From Eledone cirrhosa (Eukaryota): DNA of 64,000 nucleotides. How positions within the stretch are numbered: the first letter of the stretch is position 1; the number at the start of each line of letters is the position of its first letter. This document shows positions 1 to 11,248 of the stretch, piece after piece. The notes beneath the pieces were generated by a model. The model saw nothing but the letters and a program-made list of their open reading frames with translations. It ran no database searches and was not told where the DNA came from. A program made the translations under genes and the position numbers. The stretch lies in assembly GCA_964016885.1 (NCBI GenBank), contig OZ024741.1, positions 99,076,001 to 99,140,000 on the forward strand. Reading direction: 5' to 3'.

Positions 1-451
1 GTGTTAACAGAAGGAATTACTATTAAATATTTCCAGTTTTTAATACTATTAAATATTAAAAACTATCGCTGTAGTATAAGAATCATCCGTACCTTAAATC
101 AAGGCTATCCACATAGGTCACTTGGTTGCGCATCAACCTCTTCCAGCTTAAAATGTGGAAATATCTACAGTAGCAACATATTTCTTTATTATTGTCACAA
201 TCATTTTCGGTGTTGAAAATAAACAGAACCAATACTGTAATCTATATTTGAATCAATTGCCTTTCCTTAGGTGGTGAAATATTAAGAACAAAAGCTATCG
301 CTATAGTGAAACCATTGTCAGTAGATTTCATCAGTTAGCCATCAAACCCGAAATGTTAAAACTATGGAACTTACTATATGTCACTGGTGCAAGTACCTAT
401 TTTATAAAAACAATTAAGACAGCAGAATAACTACCGCAAAATTTCTGGTGT

Positions 452-720
452 CCTTGGCCCTAGGACTACCTACCTACTTACCACCATAGGTGCTGAGCTG
501 TCTAAACGCATGTGTGAGCCTCGCGAGATACAATGGCTCTTCCAGCGCAGCTCCCTAACCATCCTCCGGGGAAATGCCTTCTCCATTCTGTCCGCCGGGC
601 TGTGGGACGCCCAGCAAGTGGGACCCCATTCGCTCATAATACAGAGAGATGGGAAGAGCGAGAGAGGTGGAGGCGATGACAGTGGGAGTTCGACACTTCC
701 GTGTTCGAACACATTTATCA
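452..720 (+). mobile_element. 5'-truncated CRE-like non-LTR retrotransposon fragment (C-terminus of restriction-like endonuclease region plus 3' UTR)
   Basis: Translates LGPRTTYLLTTIGAELSKRMCEPREIQWLFQRSSLTILRGNAFSILSA, matching the 'WLFQRLS.AI.RGNA.SIL' motif of CRE-type elements; second copy at ~29730-30070. Confidence 0.65.
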
Positions 721-1095
721 ATTCTATGTTGCTGTTGATAATTACGAACGAATAAACTATCTTATTATCACGACAATATTATTCGCTAATGCGAGAAATG
801 TAAATTTCACCAAATAGAACATACACTACACATCGCTTATGAGAATTACACGGACGGAACTGAAATGGAACCTCACAAATACCAGCAATATCAGTAGTAA
901 GTAAACACTATGATGTGTTCTATCTATGGATAAGAAGTCAAACTAAAAAAATATTTCATATCCGTAATTCGAAATATGTGACTGATATATCCCATCATAT
1001 CTGAAAATATGAAGTCTTATTGTTAACTACGCCTGACTAGTCTATCTCGTGTTGTCAGAAAATAAAGAGTGTAAGTGACAACTAGAATATTGTCC

Positions 1096-1187
1096 GCCCG
1101 CATAGCCCAGTTGGTAGAGCATCAGACGTTTATAACATATATTGTGAAGGTATCTGAGGGTCGCGGTTTCAAGTCCCTCTGCGGGCG
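1096..1187 (+). pseudogene. Intron-containing tRNA-Lys(TTT), probable pseudogene, inverted relative to most of the cluster
   Basis: GCCCGCATAGCCCAGTTGGTAGAGCATCAGACGTTTA-[TAACATATATTGTGAAGGT]-ATCTGAGGGTCGCGGTTTCAAGTCCCTCTGCGGGCG; U12C, U33G and G53U changes; long oligo-T downstream. Confidence 0.8.
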
Positions 1188-1420
1188 CAGATTTTTTTTT
1201 TTTTTTTTTTTCGTGTGAGGCTTCGTGGAAATATGTTTCATATATCCCAATAAATTTAGCTTTTGTTGTTTAACGTTGTTTCACTGATATTTTAATCAAT
1301 CTATTAATAACCTATTCCTATTTAACGTTATAGTGTTACATTTAAATTTATAGTGTTACAAGTATTACAGTTCCAATGACCTGAACTAGAAGAGGTAATC
1401 GAAATCATAATTATAATGAA

Positions 1421-1778
1421 ATAATTGTTTCTACTTTTAGCAGGAGGCCGCAATTATCCCAGTACATTGTACTTTATTTTATCGACCCCATATGGATGAA
1501 AGGCAAAGTTAACGTCGTCAGGATTTGAAATCAGACGGAAAAGGGGCGTAACTCTATGCTACAAAGCATGGCGTCCGGCCCTCTGTCGATACTCCCAATC
1601 CACCGCCCTTATAATGAAAAACATTGTTTCTACTTTTGGCACAAGGCCAGCAATTATCCCAGTGAGGATGAAAGGCAAACTTAACCTCGGCGGGATTTGA
1701 CTCAGACCATAAAGGGCCGTAACTCTTTGCTGCAAAGGATGGTGTCCGACCCTCTACTGATACTGCCAATCCACCACC
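1421..1778 (-). mobile_element. Two tandem tRNA-derived SINE copies
   Basis: Reverse complement of GGTGGATTGGCAGTATC...GAGTCAAATCCCGCCGAGGTTAA...GCCTTTCATCC...GTAGAAACAAT, twice (~1421-1608 and ~1615-1778). Confidence 0.85.
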
Positions 1779-2055
1779 AAAGATATACTAGGCGGACAAA
1801 CTTGAATTATGTTTAAATAAGTCAACAAGAATAGTTTATTTACAAAATATATAGGAAAATATATAGGAAAATATTTTCTTCGGGTCTTGAAAGCGATTCC
1901 TCACAAACTGTAACGACATTGAAATGAATGCGTACACCGATCATATTTTATAACACAATATTAGGATAACTGTGAATAGATCATACTTTACAATTCACAC
2001 AATGAGGTTATATATATGATTACATGTAGTAGCAAATCGTTGCAGAGTAAGCTTC

Positions 2056-2135
2056 ATCATGTATCTCAGTCGATAGAGGATGAACCTTCTACAGCTTGAT
2101 TTTTTGAGATATCTTTAGCCGGTGCAGTTCTATTG
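2056..2135 (+). pseudogene. Heavily decayed relic of the intron-containing tRNA-Lys
   Basis: tcatgtatctcagtcgatagaggatgaaccttctacagc...gatatc...gcagttc aligns loosely to gcatagctcagtcggtagagcatcagacttttacag...gtatc...gggttc. Confidence 0.45.
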
Positions 2136-2344
2136 TTATAAAATTTATGAAATAAATATTTTCGGATAGTTTCCCTATCTATTTAATTTAATATAGTGTT
2201 AACTTCTGTTAACACTATATTAAATATTGTATTATAAAATATGATCGGTGTACGCATTCATTTCAATGTCGTTACAGTTTGTTAACAGAAGTTAAATATT
2301 AAAAGCTATCACTGTAGTCTAAACTTCGTGTATGTCTTTCATCA

Positions 2345-2930
2345 ACGATCTGAGTTCAAATCCCGCCGAGGTTGACTTTGCCTTTCATCCTTACGGGGTC
2401 GATAAAATAAAGTACCAGTAATGCACTGGGTAATTGCTGGCCTTGTGCCTAAAGCAGAAACAATTATTATTTTGTTTGCCTTGTGCCAAAAGTAGAAACA
2501 ATTATTTACTTTCACAGGGGCGGTGGATTGGCAGTATCAGTAGAGGGTCGGACGCCATGCTTTGCAGTATAGAGTTACAGCCCTTTATGATTTGAGTTCA
2601 AATCCTGCCGAGGTTAACTTTGCCTTTCACCCTACGGGGTCGATAAAATAAAGTACCAGTCACGCACTGGGGTCGATTTTAATCGACTTTCCCCCTCCTC
2701 CAGAATTGCTGGCCTTGTGCCTATATAAGAAGCCATTATTATTGGATTGGCAGTATCAGTAGAGAGTCGGACACCATGCTTTGAAGCATAGAGTTACGTC
2801 CCTTTATGATCTGAGTTCATATCCCGCCGAGGTTAACTTTGCCTTTCATTCTTACGGGGTCGATAAAATAAAGTACCAGTAATGTACTGGGTAATTGCTG
2901 GCCTTGTACCAAAAGTAGAAACAATTATTA
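2345..2930 (+). mobile_element. Head-to-tail cluster of three SINEs plus a tail fragment (includes a full-length long-form copy, 2517-2742)
   Basis: A box TGGCAGTATCAG, B box GAGTTCAAATCC, central GCCTTTCATCCTTACGGGGTCGATAAAATAAAGTACCAG (Deu/Nin-like domain), (ATT)n tail. Confidence 0.85.
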
Positions 2931-3099
2931 CTGTTTGTCACCACATATGTTCGAGTGTTGCACTTCACCACGGGACGTCTAGATTAAGGAAGATGTGAAA
3001 TAACATTCAAGCCATTAGAAATTTAAGATAAGATATGTATTTTATACATAATTACGAATAACTGTCAAAATAAGTTTTCATAGATGAAGAGAATAGATT

Positions 3100-3188
3100 C
3101 ACACACAGAGGACATGAAACCACAACCCTCAGATACCATCACAATTGAATCCAAAAAAGTCTGATGCTCTACCGACTGAGATGCGGGC
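3100..3188 (-). pseudogene. tRNA-Lys pseudogene
   Basis: 5' half recognisable (GCCCGCAT..CTCAGTCGGTAGAGCATCAGACTTTT); T arm and acceptor 3' strand degenerate. Confidence 0.75.
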
Positions 3189-3559
3189 GGGCTAGTTATG
3201 TGAATATCATAAATGAAGAAGAAAAACCGTGAAGTCCACTCTATCGGATGTTAGATGAGATTTATTCGTCACATTCGAAAACTAATACGACAGTGACAAT
3301 AACATAGTTATATTATTATTCTGTTTATCACAACATATGTTCAAGTGCTACATTTCACCATGGAACGTTCAGCTTAAGAGTGATGTACAATGATGTTAAA
3401 TAAAAACTGAAGCTATGAGAAATTTCGCGTGTAAAATGTGATTTTTATACATATTTACAACATCCAGTCCTAAATAAATGAGGTCGTCTAGGTGTCACGA
3501 CAAGAAAACACAGTCCACGGTGTAATGTGGCCGTGTAGGTAACCGTGTAGGTAACACGG

Positions 3560-3730
3560 TAACCTCCCAGTCCACACTGTAAACGTGGTTGGTGTTAGGA
3601 AGGGAATCCAGCCGTAGAAAACCCGCCATACAGTCCTATACGAGCAAGACAACCAATCTTGCCTCACGTGGGACAATTCCCGTCTAAACCCATGCTAGCG
3701 TGGAAGATAGACGTTAAACGACGATGATGA
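3560..3730 (+). mobile_element. Fragment of a second SINE/RTE-tail-type repeat family
   Basis: GTGGTTGGTGTTAGGAAGGGAATCCAGCCGTAGAAAC...CCCATGCTAGCGTGGAA...GACGTTAAACGACGATGATGA with a (GAT)n tail; recalled as a common cephalopod repeat. Confidence 0.55.
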
Positions 3731-4341
3731 AATATCAAAAGAGTTTTCCATGAATAAAAAAATACGGATTCGTTATATTATTCTGTTTGTCACCACACAT
3801 GTTTACGTGTTGCAATTCCCCATGGAACGTCCATATTAAAATGATGTACAGCAATGTTAAATAGAAAAACTTAAGCTATCAGAGATTTGTCATATAAAAT
3901 GTAATAGATTAAAAATAAAATTCCATAAATAAATTTAAAAAAAAACAGTTTCGCCCGCCTGAGAGACTATATCTTCTAATGGTCGTAATATATAACTTTA
4001 CAATAACTAAAATAACTGTATAATACATAAAATAAATGGTGAAACTATCAGTAAATTAACATATAAAATACGCAATCTAGGAATAATTTCATAAATAATA
4101 CAGTTAAATAAGGACACGCTTAACTAAGTCCAGATGCTGAGATGTAAATAATTTCTCATACATATTAACAGTATATTACACAATAATTTCTCATACATAT
4201 TGTACATAAACTAAAGATGTATAAAACGTAGATCATATATACATACGAAGAACCGTCAAAACCACATTAGTTGATGTTAGATGAGATATATTCACATTTG
4301 ACATGAAATATTACAGTGACAATAATATAGTTATATTATTA

Positions 4342-4527
4342 TTGGCAGAACCGGTAGAGGGTCGGACGCCATGCTTTGCAGCATAGAGTTACGGCCCTTT
4401 ATGATCTGAGTTCAAATACCGCCGAGGTTAACTTTGCCTTTCATCCTTACGGGGTTGATAAAATAAAGTACCAGTGATGCACTGAGATAATTGCTAGCCT
4501 TGTGCCAAAAGTAGAAACAATTATTAT
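4342..4527 (+). mobile_element. Plus-strand SINE of the array unit (first copy; recurs at each period, e.g. 5632-5817)
   Basis: TTGGCAGAACCGGTAGAGGGTCGGAC...GAGTTCAAATACC...GTAGAAACAATTATT; empty site at ~26150. Confidence 0.9.
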
Positions 4528-4706
4528 TCTCTTTATCACATCATATATTTAAGTGTTGCACTTCACCATGGAACCTCTAGATTACGAATGATGTACAGCA
4601 ATGTTAAATCAAAAAAACTTAAGCTACAAGAAATTTGTCATGTAAAATTTGATGTTCGTAGATTAAAAATAACTTTCCATAAATAAATTTTTCAAAAATG
4701 CAAATT

Positions 4707-4798
4707 CGCCCACAGAGGGACTTGAACCCGCGACCCTCAGATACCTTCATAGTATATGCTATAAAAGTCTGATGCTCTACCGACTTAGCTATGCAGGC
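4707..4798 (-). tRNA. tRNA-Lys(TTT), 19-nt intron, array copy 1 (C13A D-stem mismatch)
   Basis: GCCTGCATAGCTAAGTCGGTAGAGCATCAGACTTTTA-[TAGCATATACTATGAAGGT]-ATCTGAGGGTCGCGGGTTCAAGTCCCTCTGTGGGCG; T5 terminator 8 nt downstream. Confidence 0.75.
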
Positions 4799-5208
4799 GG
4801 ACATATTTCAAGTGACAATTTTTTAGATATAATGACAAATTACTTTTCAGTGATAAATTACTTTTCAAATAAGATGGGATATCGGTTATGTATTTCGCAC
4901 TATGGAGATTTAACCTTGGTATATTTTGACTTATCCAGAGTAACTAACTGTCTGGAGTAACATCAAGTAATCAAGTTACAGAGTAACATCAAGTAATTAG
5001 TGAAACTATACTATATAGTTGACCACTGTAGAGACTACACTATTATATAAGGAACAGCATCATAAGCCAGAGAGACTAGTTCTTCTAATGGTTGTTATAT
5101 ATAACTTTACAATAACTAAAATAACTGTATATTACATAAAATAAATGGTGAAACTATCAGTAAATTAACATATAAAATACGCAATCTAGGAATAATTTCA
5201 TAAATAAT

Positions 5209-5382
5209 TGTTTCTACTTTAGGCACAAGGCCAGCAATTACCCAGTGTATTACTGGTACTTTATTTTATCGACCCCGTAAGGATGAAAGGCAAAGTCAAT
5301 CTCGGCGGGATTTGAACTCAGATCGTAAAGGGACGTAACTATGCTGGAAAGCATGGCGTCCGACCCTCTACCGATACTGCCA
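5209..5382 (-). mobile_element. Minus-strand SINE of the array unit (first copy; recurs at each period to ~24.7 kb)
   Basis: Flanked by AAATAAT direct repeats (5202-5208, 5383-5389); single AAATAAT at the empty site 4093-4099. Confidence 0.9.
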
Positions 5383-5996
5383 AAATAATACAGTTAAATA
5401 AGGACACGCTTAACTAAGTCCAGATGCTGAGATGTAAATAATTTCTCATACATATTAACAGTATATTACACAATAATTTCTCATACATATTGTACATAAA
5501 CTAAAGATGTATAAAACGTAGATCATATATACATACGAAGAACCGTCAAAACCACATTAGTTGATGTTAGATGAGATATATTCACATTTGACATGAAATA
5601 TTACAGTGACAATAATATAGTTATATTATTATTGGCAGAACCGGTAGAGGGTCGGACGCCATGCTATGCAGCATAGAGTTACGGCCCTTTATGATCTGAG
5701 TTCAAATACCGCTGAGGTTAACTTTGCCTTTCATACTTACGGGGTTGATAAAATAAAGTACCAGTAATGCACTGAGATAATTGCTAGCCTTGTGCCAAAA
5801 GTAGAAACAATTATTATTCTCTTTGTCACATCATATATTTAAGTGTTGCACTTCACCATGGAACCTCTAGATTAAGAATGGTGTACAGCAATGTTAAATC
5901 AAAAAAACTTAAGCTACAAGAAATTTGTCATGTAAAATTTGATGTTTGTAGATTAAAAATAACTTTCCATAAATAAATTTTTCAAAAATGCAAATT

Positions 5997-6088
5997 CGCC
6001 CACAGAGGGACTTGAACCCGCGACCCTCAGATACCTTCATAGTATATGCTATAAAAGTCTGATGCTCTACCGACTGAGCTATGCAGGC
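5997..6088 (-). tRNA. tRNA-Lys(TTT), 19-nt intron, array copy 2 (consensus)
   Basis: Full cloverleaf, A box TAGCTCAGTCGG, B box GGTTCAAGTCC, anticodon loop CT-TTT-A^A, oligo-T terminator. Confidence 0.88.
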
Positions 6089-7286
6089 GGACATATTTCA
6101 AGTGACAATTTTTTAGATATAATGACAAATTACTTTTCAGTGATAAATTACTTTTCAAATAAGATGGGATATCGGTTATGTATTTCGCACTATGGAGATT
6201 TAACCTTGGTATATTTTGACTTATCCAGAGTAACTAACTGTCTGGAGTAACATCAAGTAATCAAGTTACAGAGTAACATCAAGTAATTAGTGAAACTATA
6301 CTATATAGTTGACCACTGTAGAGACTACACTATTATATAAGGAACAGCATCATAAGCCAGAGAGACTAGTTCTTCTAATGGTTGTTATATATAACTTTAC
6401 AATAACTAAAATAACTGTATAATACATAAAATAAATGGTGAAACTATCAGTAAATTAACATATAAAATACGCAATCTAGGAATAATTTCATAAATAATTG
6501 TTTCTACTTTAGGCACAAGGCCAGCAATTACCCAGTGTATTACTGGTACTTTATTTTATCGACCCCGTAAGGATGAAAGGCAAAGTCAACCTCGGCGGGA
6601 TTTGAACTCAGATCGTAAAGGGACGTAACTATGCTGGAAAGCATGGCGTCCGACCCTCTACCGATACTGCCAAAATAATACAGTTAAATAAGGACACGCT
6701 TAACTAAGTCCAGATGCTGAGATGTAAATAATTTCTCATACATATTAACAGTATATTACACAATAATTTCTCATACATATTGTACATAAACTAAAGATGT
6801 ATAAAACGTAGATCATATATACATACGAAGAACCGTCAAAACCACATTAGTTGATGTTAGATGAGATATATTCACATTTGACATGAAATATTACAGTGAC
6901 AATAATATAGTTATATTATTATTGGCAGAACCGGTAGAGGGTCGGACGCCATGCTATGCAGCATAGAGTTACGGCCCTTTATGATCTGAGTTCAAATACC
7001 GCCGAGGTTAACTTTGCCTTTCATCCTTACGGGGTTGATAAAATAAAGTACCAGTAATGCACTGAGATAATTGCTAGCCTTGTGCCAAAAGTAGAAACAA
7101 TTATTATTCTCTTTGTCACATCATATATTTAAGTGTTGCACTTCACCATGGAACCTCTAGATTAAGAATGGTGTACAGCAATGTTAAATCAAAAAAACTT
7201 AAGCTACAAGAAATTTGTCATGTAAAATTTGATGTTTGTAGATTAAAAATAACTTTCCATAAATAAATTTTTCAAAAATGCAAATT

Positions 7287-7378
7287 CGCCCACAGAGGGA
7301 CTTGAACCCGCGACCCTCAGATACCTTCATAGTATATGCTATAAAAGTCTGATGCTCTACCGACTGAGCTATGCAGGC
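7287..7378 (-). tRNA. tRNA-Lys(TTT), 19-nt intron, array copy 3 (consensus)
   Basis: Identical to copy 2. Confidence 0.88.
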
Positions 7379-8576
7379 GGACATATTTCAAGTGACAATT
7401 TTTTAGATATAATGACAAATTACTTTTCAGTGATAAATTACTTTTCAAATAAGATGGGATATCGGTTATGTATTTCGCACTATGGAGATTTAACCTTGGT
7501 ATATTTTGACTTATCCAGAGTAACTAACTGTCTGGAGTAACATCAAGTAATCAAGTTACAGAGTAACATCAAGTAATTAGTGAAACTATACTATATAGTT
7601 GACCACTGTAGAGACTACACTATTATATAAGGAACAGCATCATAAGCCAGAGAGACTAGTTCTTCTAATGGTTGTTATATATAACTTTACAATAACTAAA
7701 ATAACTGTATAATACATAAAATAAATGGTGAAACTATCAGTAAATTAACATATAAAATACGCAATCTAGGAATAATTTCATAAATAATTGTTTCTACTTT
7801 AGGCACAAGGCCAGCAATTACCCAGTGTATTACTGGTACTTTATTTTATCGACCCCGTAAGGATGAAAGGCAAAGTCAATCTCGGCGGGATTTGAACTCA
7901 GATCGTAAAGGGACGTAACTATGCTGGAAAGCATGGCGTCCGACCCTCTACCGATACTGCCAAAATAATACAGTTAAATAAGGACACGCTTAACTAAGTC
8001 CAGATGCTGAGATGTAAATAATTTCTCATACATATTAACAGTATATTACACAATAATTTCTCATACATATTGTACATAAACTAAAGATGTATAAAACGTA
8101 GATCATATATACATACGAAGAACCGTCAAAACCACATTAGTTGATGTTAGATGAGATATATTCACATTTGACATGAAATATTACAGTGACAATAATATAG
8201 TTATATTATTATTGGCAGAACCGGTAGAGGGTCGGACGCCATGCTATGCAGCATAGAGTTACGGCCCTTTATGATCTGAGTTCAAATACCGCCGAGGTTA
8301 ACTTTGCCTTTCATCCTTACGGGGTTGATAAAATAAAGTACCAGTAATGCACTGAGATAATTGCTAGCCTTGTGCCAAAAGTAGAAACAATTATTATTCT
8401 CTTTGTCACATCATATATTTAAGTGTTGCACTTCACCATGGAACCTCTAGATTAAGAATGGTGTACAGCAATGTTAAATCAAAAAAACTTAAGCTACAAG
8501 AAATTTGTCATGTAAAATTTGATGTTTGTAGATTAAAAATAACTTTCCATAAATAAATTTTTCAAAAATGCAAATT

Positions 8577-8668
8577 CGCCCACAGAGGGACTTGAACCCG
8601 CGACCCTCAGATACCTTCATATTATATGCTATAAAAGTCTGATGCTCTACCGACTGAGCTATGCAGGC
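8577..8668 (-). tRNA. tRNA-Lys(TTT), 19-nt intron, array copy 4 (intron SNP only)
   Basis: Exons match consensus; intron TAGCATATAATATGAAGGT. Confidence 0.88.
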
Positions 8669-9866
8669 GGACATATTTCAAGTGACAATTTTTTAGATAT
8701 AATGACAAATTACTTTTCAGTGATAAATTACTTTTCAAATAAGATGGGATATCGGTTATGTATTTCGCACTATGGAGATTTAACCTTGGTATATTTTGAC
8801 TTATCCAGAGTAACTAACTGTCTGGAGTAACATCAAGTAATCAAGTTACAGAGTAACATCAAGTAATTAGTGAAACTATACTATATAGTTGACCACTGTA
8901 GAGACTACACTATTATATAAGGAACAGCATCATAAGCCAGAGAGACTAGTTCTTCTAATGGTTGTTATATATAACTTTGCAATAACTAAAATAACTGTAT
9001 AATACATAAAATAAATGGTGAAACTATCAGTAAATTAACATATAAAATACGCAATCTAGGAATAATTTCATAAATAATTGTTTCTACTTTAGGCACAAGG
9101 CCAGCAATTACCCAGTGTATTACTGGTACTTTATTTTATCGACCCCGTAAGGATGAAAGGCAAAGTCAATCTCGGCGGGATTTGAACTCAGATCGTAAAG
9201 GGACGTAACTATGCTGGAAAGCATGGCGTCCGACCCTCTACCGATACTGCCAAAATAATACAGTTAAATAAGGACACGCTTAACTAAGTCCAGATGCTGA
9301 GATGTAAATAATTTCTCATACATATTAACAGTATATTACACAATAATTTCTCATACATATTGTACATAAACTAAAGATGTATAAAACGTAGATCATATAT
9401 ACATACGAAGAACCGTCAAAACCACATTAGTTGATGTTAGATGAGATATATTCACATTTGACATGAAATATTACAGTGACAATAATATAGTTATATTATT
9501 ATTGGCAGAACCGGTAGAGGGTCGGACGCCATGCTATGCAGCATAGAGTTACGGCCCTTTATGATCTGAGTTCAAATACCGCCGAGGTTAACTTTGCCTT
9601 TCATCCTTACGGGGTTGATAAAATAAAGTACCAGTAATGCACTGAGATAATTGCTAGCCTTGTGCCAAAAGTAGAAACAATTATTATTCTCTTTGTCACA
9701 TCATATATTTAAGTGTTGCACTTCACCATGGAACCTCTAGATTAAGAATGGTGTACAGCAATGTTAAATCAAAAAAACTTAAGCTACAAGAAATTTGTCA
9801 TGTAAAATTTGATGTTTGTAGATTAAAAATAACTTTCCATAAATAAATTTTTCAAAAATGCAAATT

Positions 9867-9958
9867 CGCCCACAGAGGGACTTGAACCCGCGCCCCTCAG
9901 ATACCTTCATATTATATGCTATAAAAATCTGATGCTCTACCGACTGAGCTATGCAGGC
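9867..9958 (-). tRNA. tRNA-Lys(TTT), array copy 5 (C32U, U47G variant)
   Basis: Plus strand reads cgcccctcag...ataaaaatctga. Confidence 0.75.
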
Positions 9959-11156
9959 GGACATATTTCAAGTGACAATTTTTTAGATATAATGACAAAT
10001 TACTTTTCAGTGATAAATTACTTTTCAAATAAGATGGGATATCGGTTATGTATTTCGCACTATGGAGATTTAACCTTGGTATATTTTGACTTATCCAGAG
10101 TAACTAACTGTCTGGAGTAACATCAAGTAATCAAGTTACAGAGTAACATCAAGTAATTAGTGAAACTATACTATATAGTTGACCACTGTAGAGACTACAC
10201 TATTATATAAGGAACAGCATCATAAGCCAGAGAGACTAGTTCTTCTAATGGTTGTTATATATAACTTTGCAATAACTAAAATAACTGTATAATACATAAA
10301 ATAAATGGTGAAACTATCAGTAAATTAACATATAAAATACGCAATCTAGGAATAATTTCATAAATAATTGTTTCTACTTTAGGCACAAGGCCAGCAATTA
10401 CCCAGTGTATTACTGGTACTTTATTTTATCGACCCCGTAAGGATGAAAGGCAAAGTCAATCTCGGCGGGATTTGAACTCAGATCGTAAAGGGACGTAACT
10501 ATGCTGGAAAGCATGGCGTCCGACCCTCTACCGATACTGCCAAAATAATACAGTTAAATAAGGACACGCTTAACTAAGTCCAGATGCTGAGATGTAAATA
10601 ATTTCTCATACATATTAACAGTATATTACACAATAATTTCTCATACATATTGTACATAAACTAAAGATGTATAAAACGTAGATCATATATACATACGAAG
10701 AACCGTCAAAACCACATTAGTTGATGTTAGATGAGATATATTCACATTTGACATGAAATATTACAGTGACAATAATATAGTTATATTATTATTGGCAGAA
10801 CCGGTAGAGGGTCGGACGCCATGCTATGCAGCATAGAGTTACGGCCCTTTATGATCTGAGTTCAAATACCGCCGAGGTTAACTTTGCCTTTCATCCTTAC
10901 GGGGTTGATAAAATAAAGTACCAGTAATGCACTGAGATAATTGCTAGCCTTGTGCCAAAAGTAGAAACAATTATTATTCTCTTTGTCACATCATATATTT
11001 AAGTGTTGCACTTCACCATGGAACCTCTAGATTAAGAATGGTGTACAGCAATGTTAAATCAAAAAAACTTAAGCTACAAGAAATTTGTCATGTAAAATTT
11101 GATGTTTGTAGATTAAAAATAACTTTCCATAAATAAATTTTTCAAAAATGCAAATT

Positions 11157-11248
11157 CGCCCACAGAGGGACTTGAACCCGCGACCCTCAGATACCTTCAT
11201 AGTATATGCTATAAAAGTCTGATGCTCTACCGACTGAGCTATGCAGGC
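11157..11248 (-). tRNA. tRNA-Lys(TTT), array copy 6 (consensus)
   Basis: Identical to copy 2. Confidence 0.88.

Noticed and set aside
1096-1187. Anticodon switch to Asn (GTT) in the plus-strand copy
   Set aside because: The stem register TCAGA/TCTGA places TTT at 34-36; the G is a U33G mutation in a copy with other damaging changes
4342-5382. Composite transposon (SINE-tRNA-SINE) moving as a unit
   Set aside because: Each SINE has its own target duplication and empty site, and there is no TSD around the composite; tandem duplication explains it
5997-6088. Alanine identity (mischarging) from acceptor-stem wobble pairs
   Set aside because: The pairs are U4.G69 and G5.U68, not G3.U70 or G4.U69
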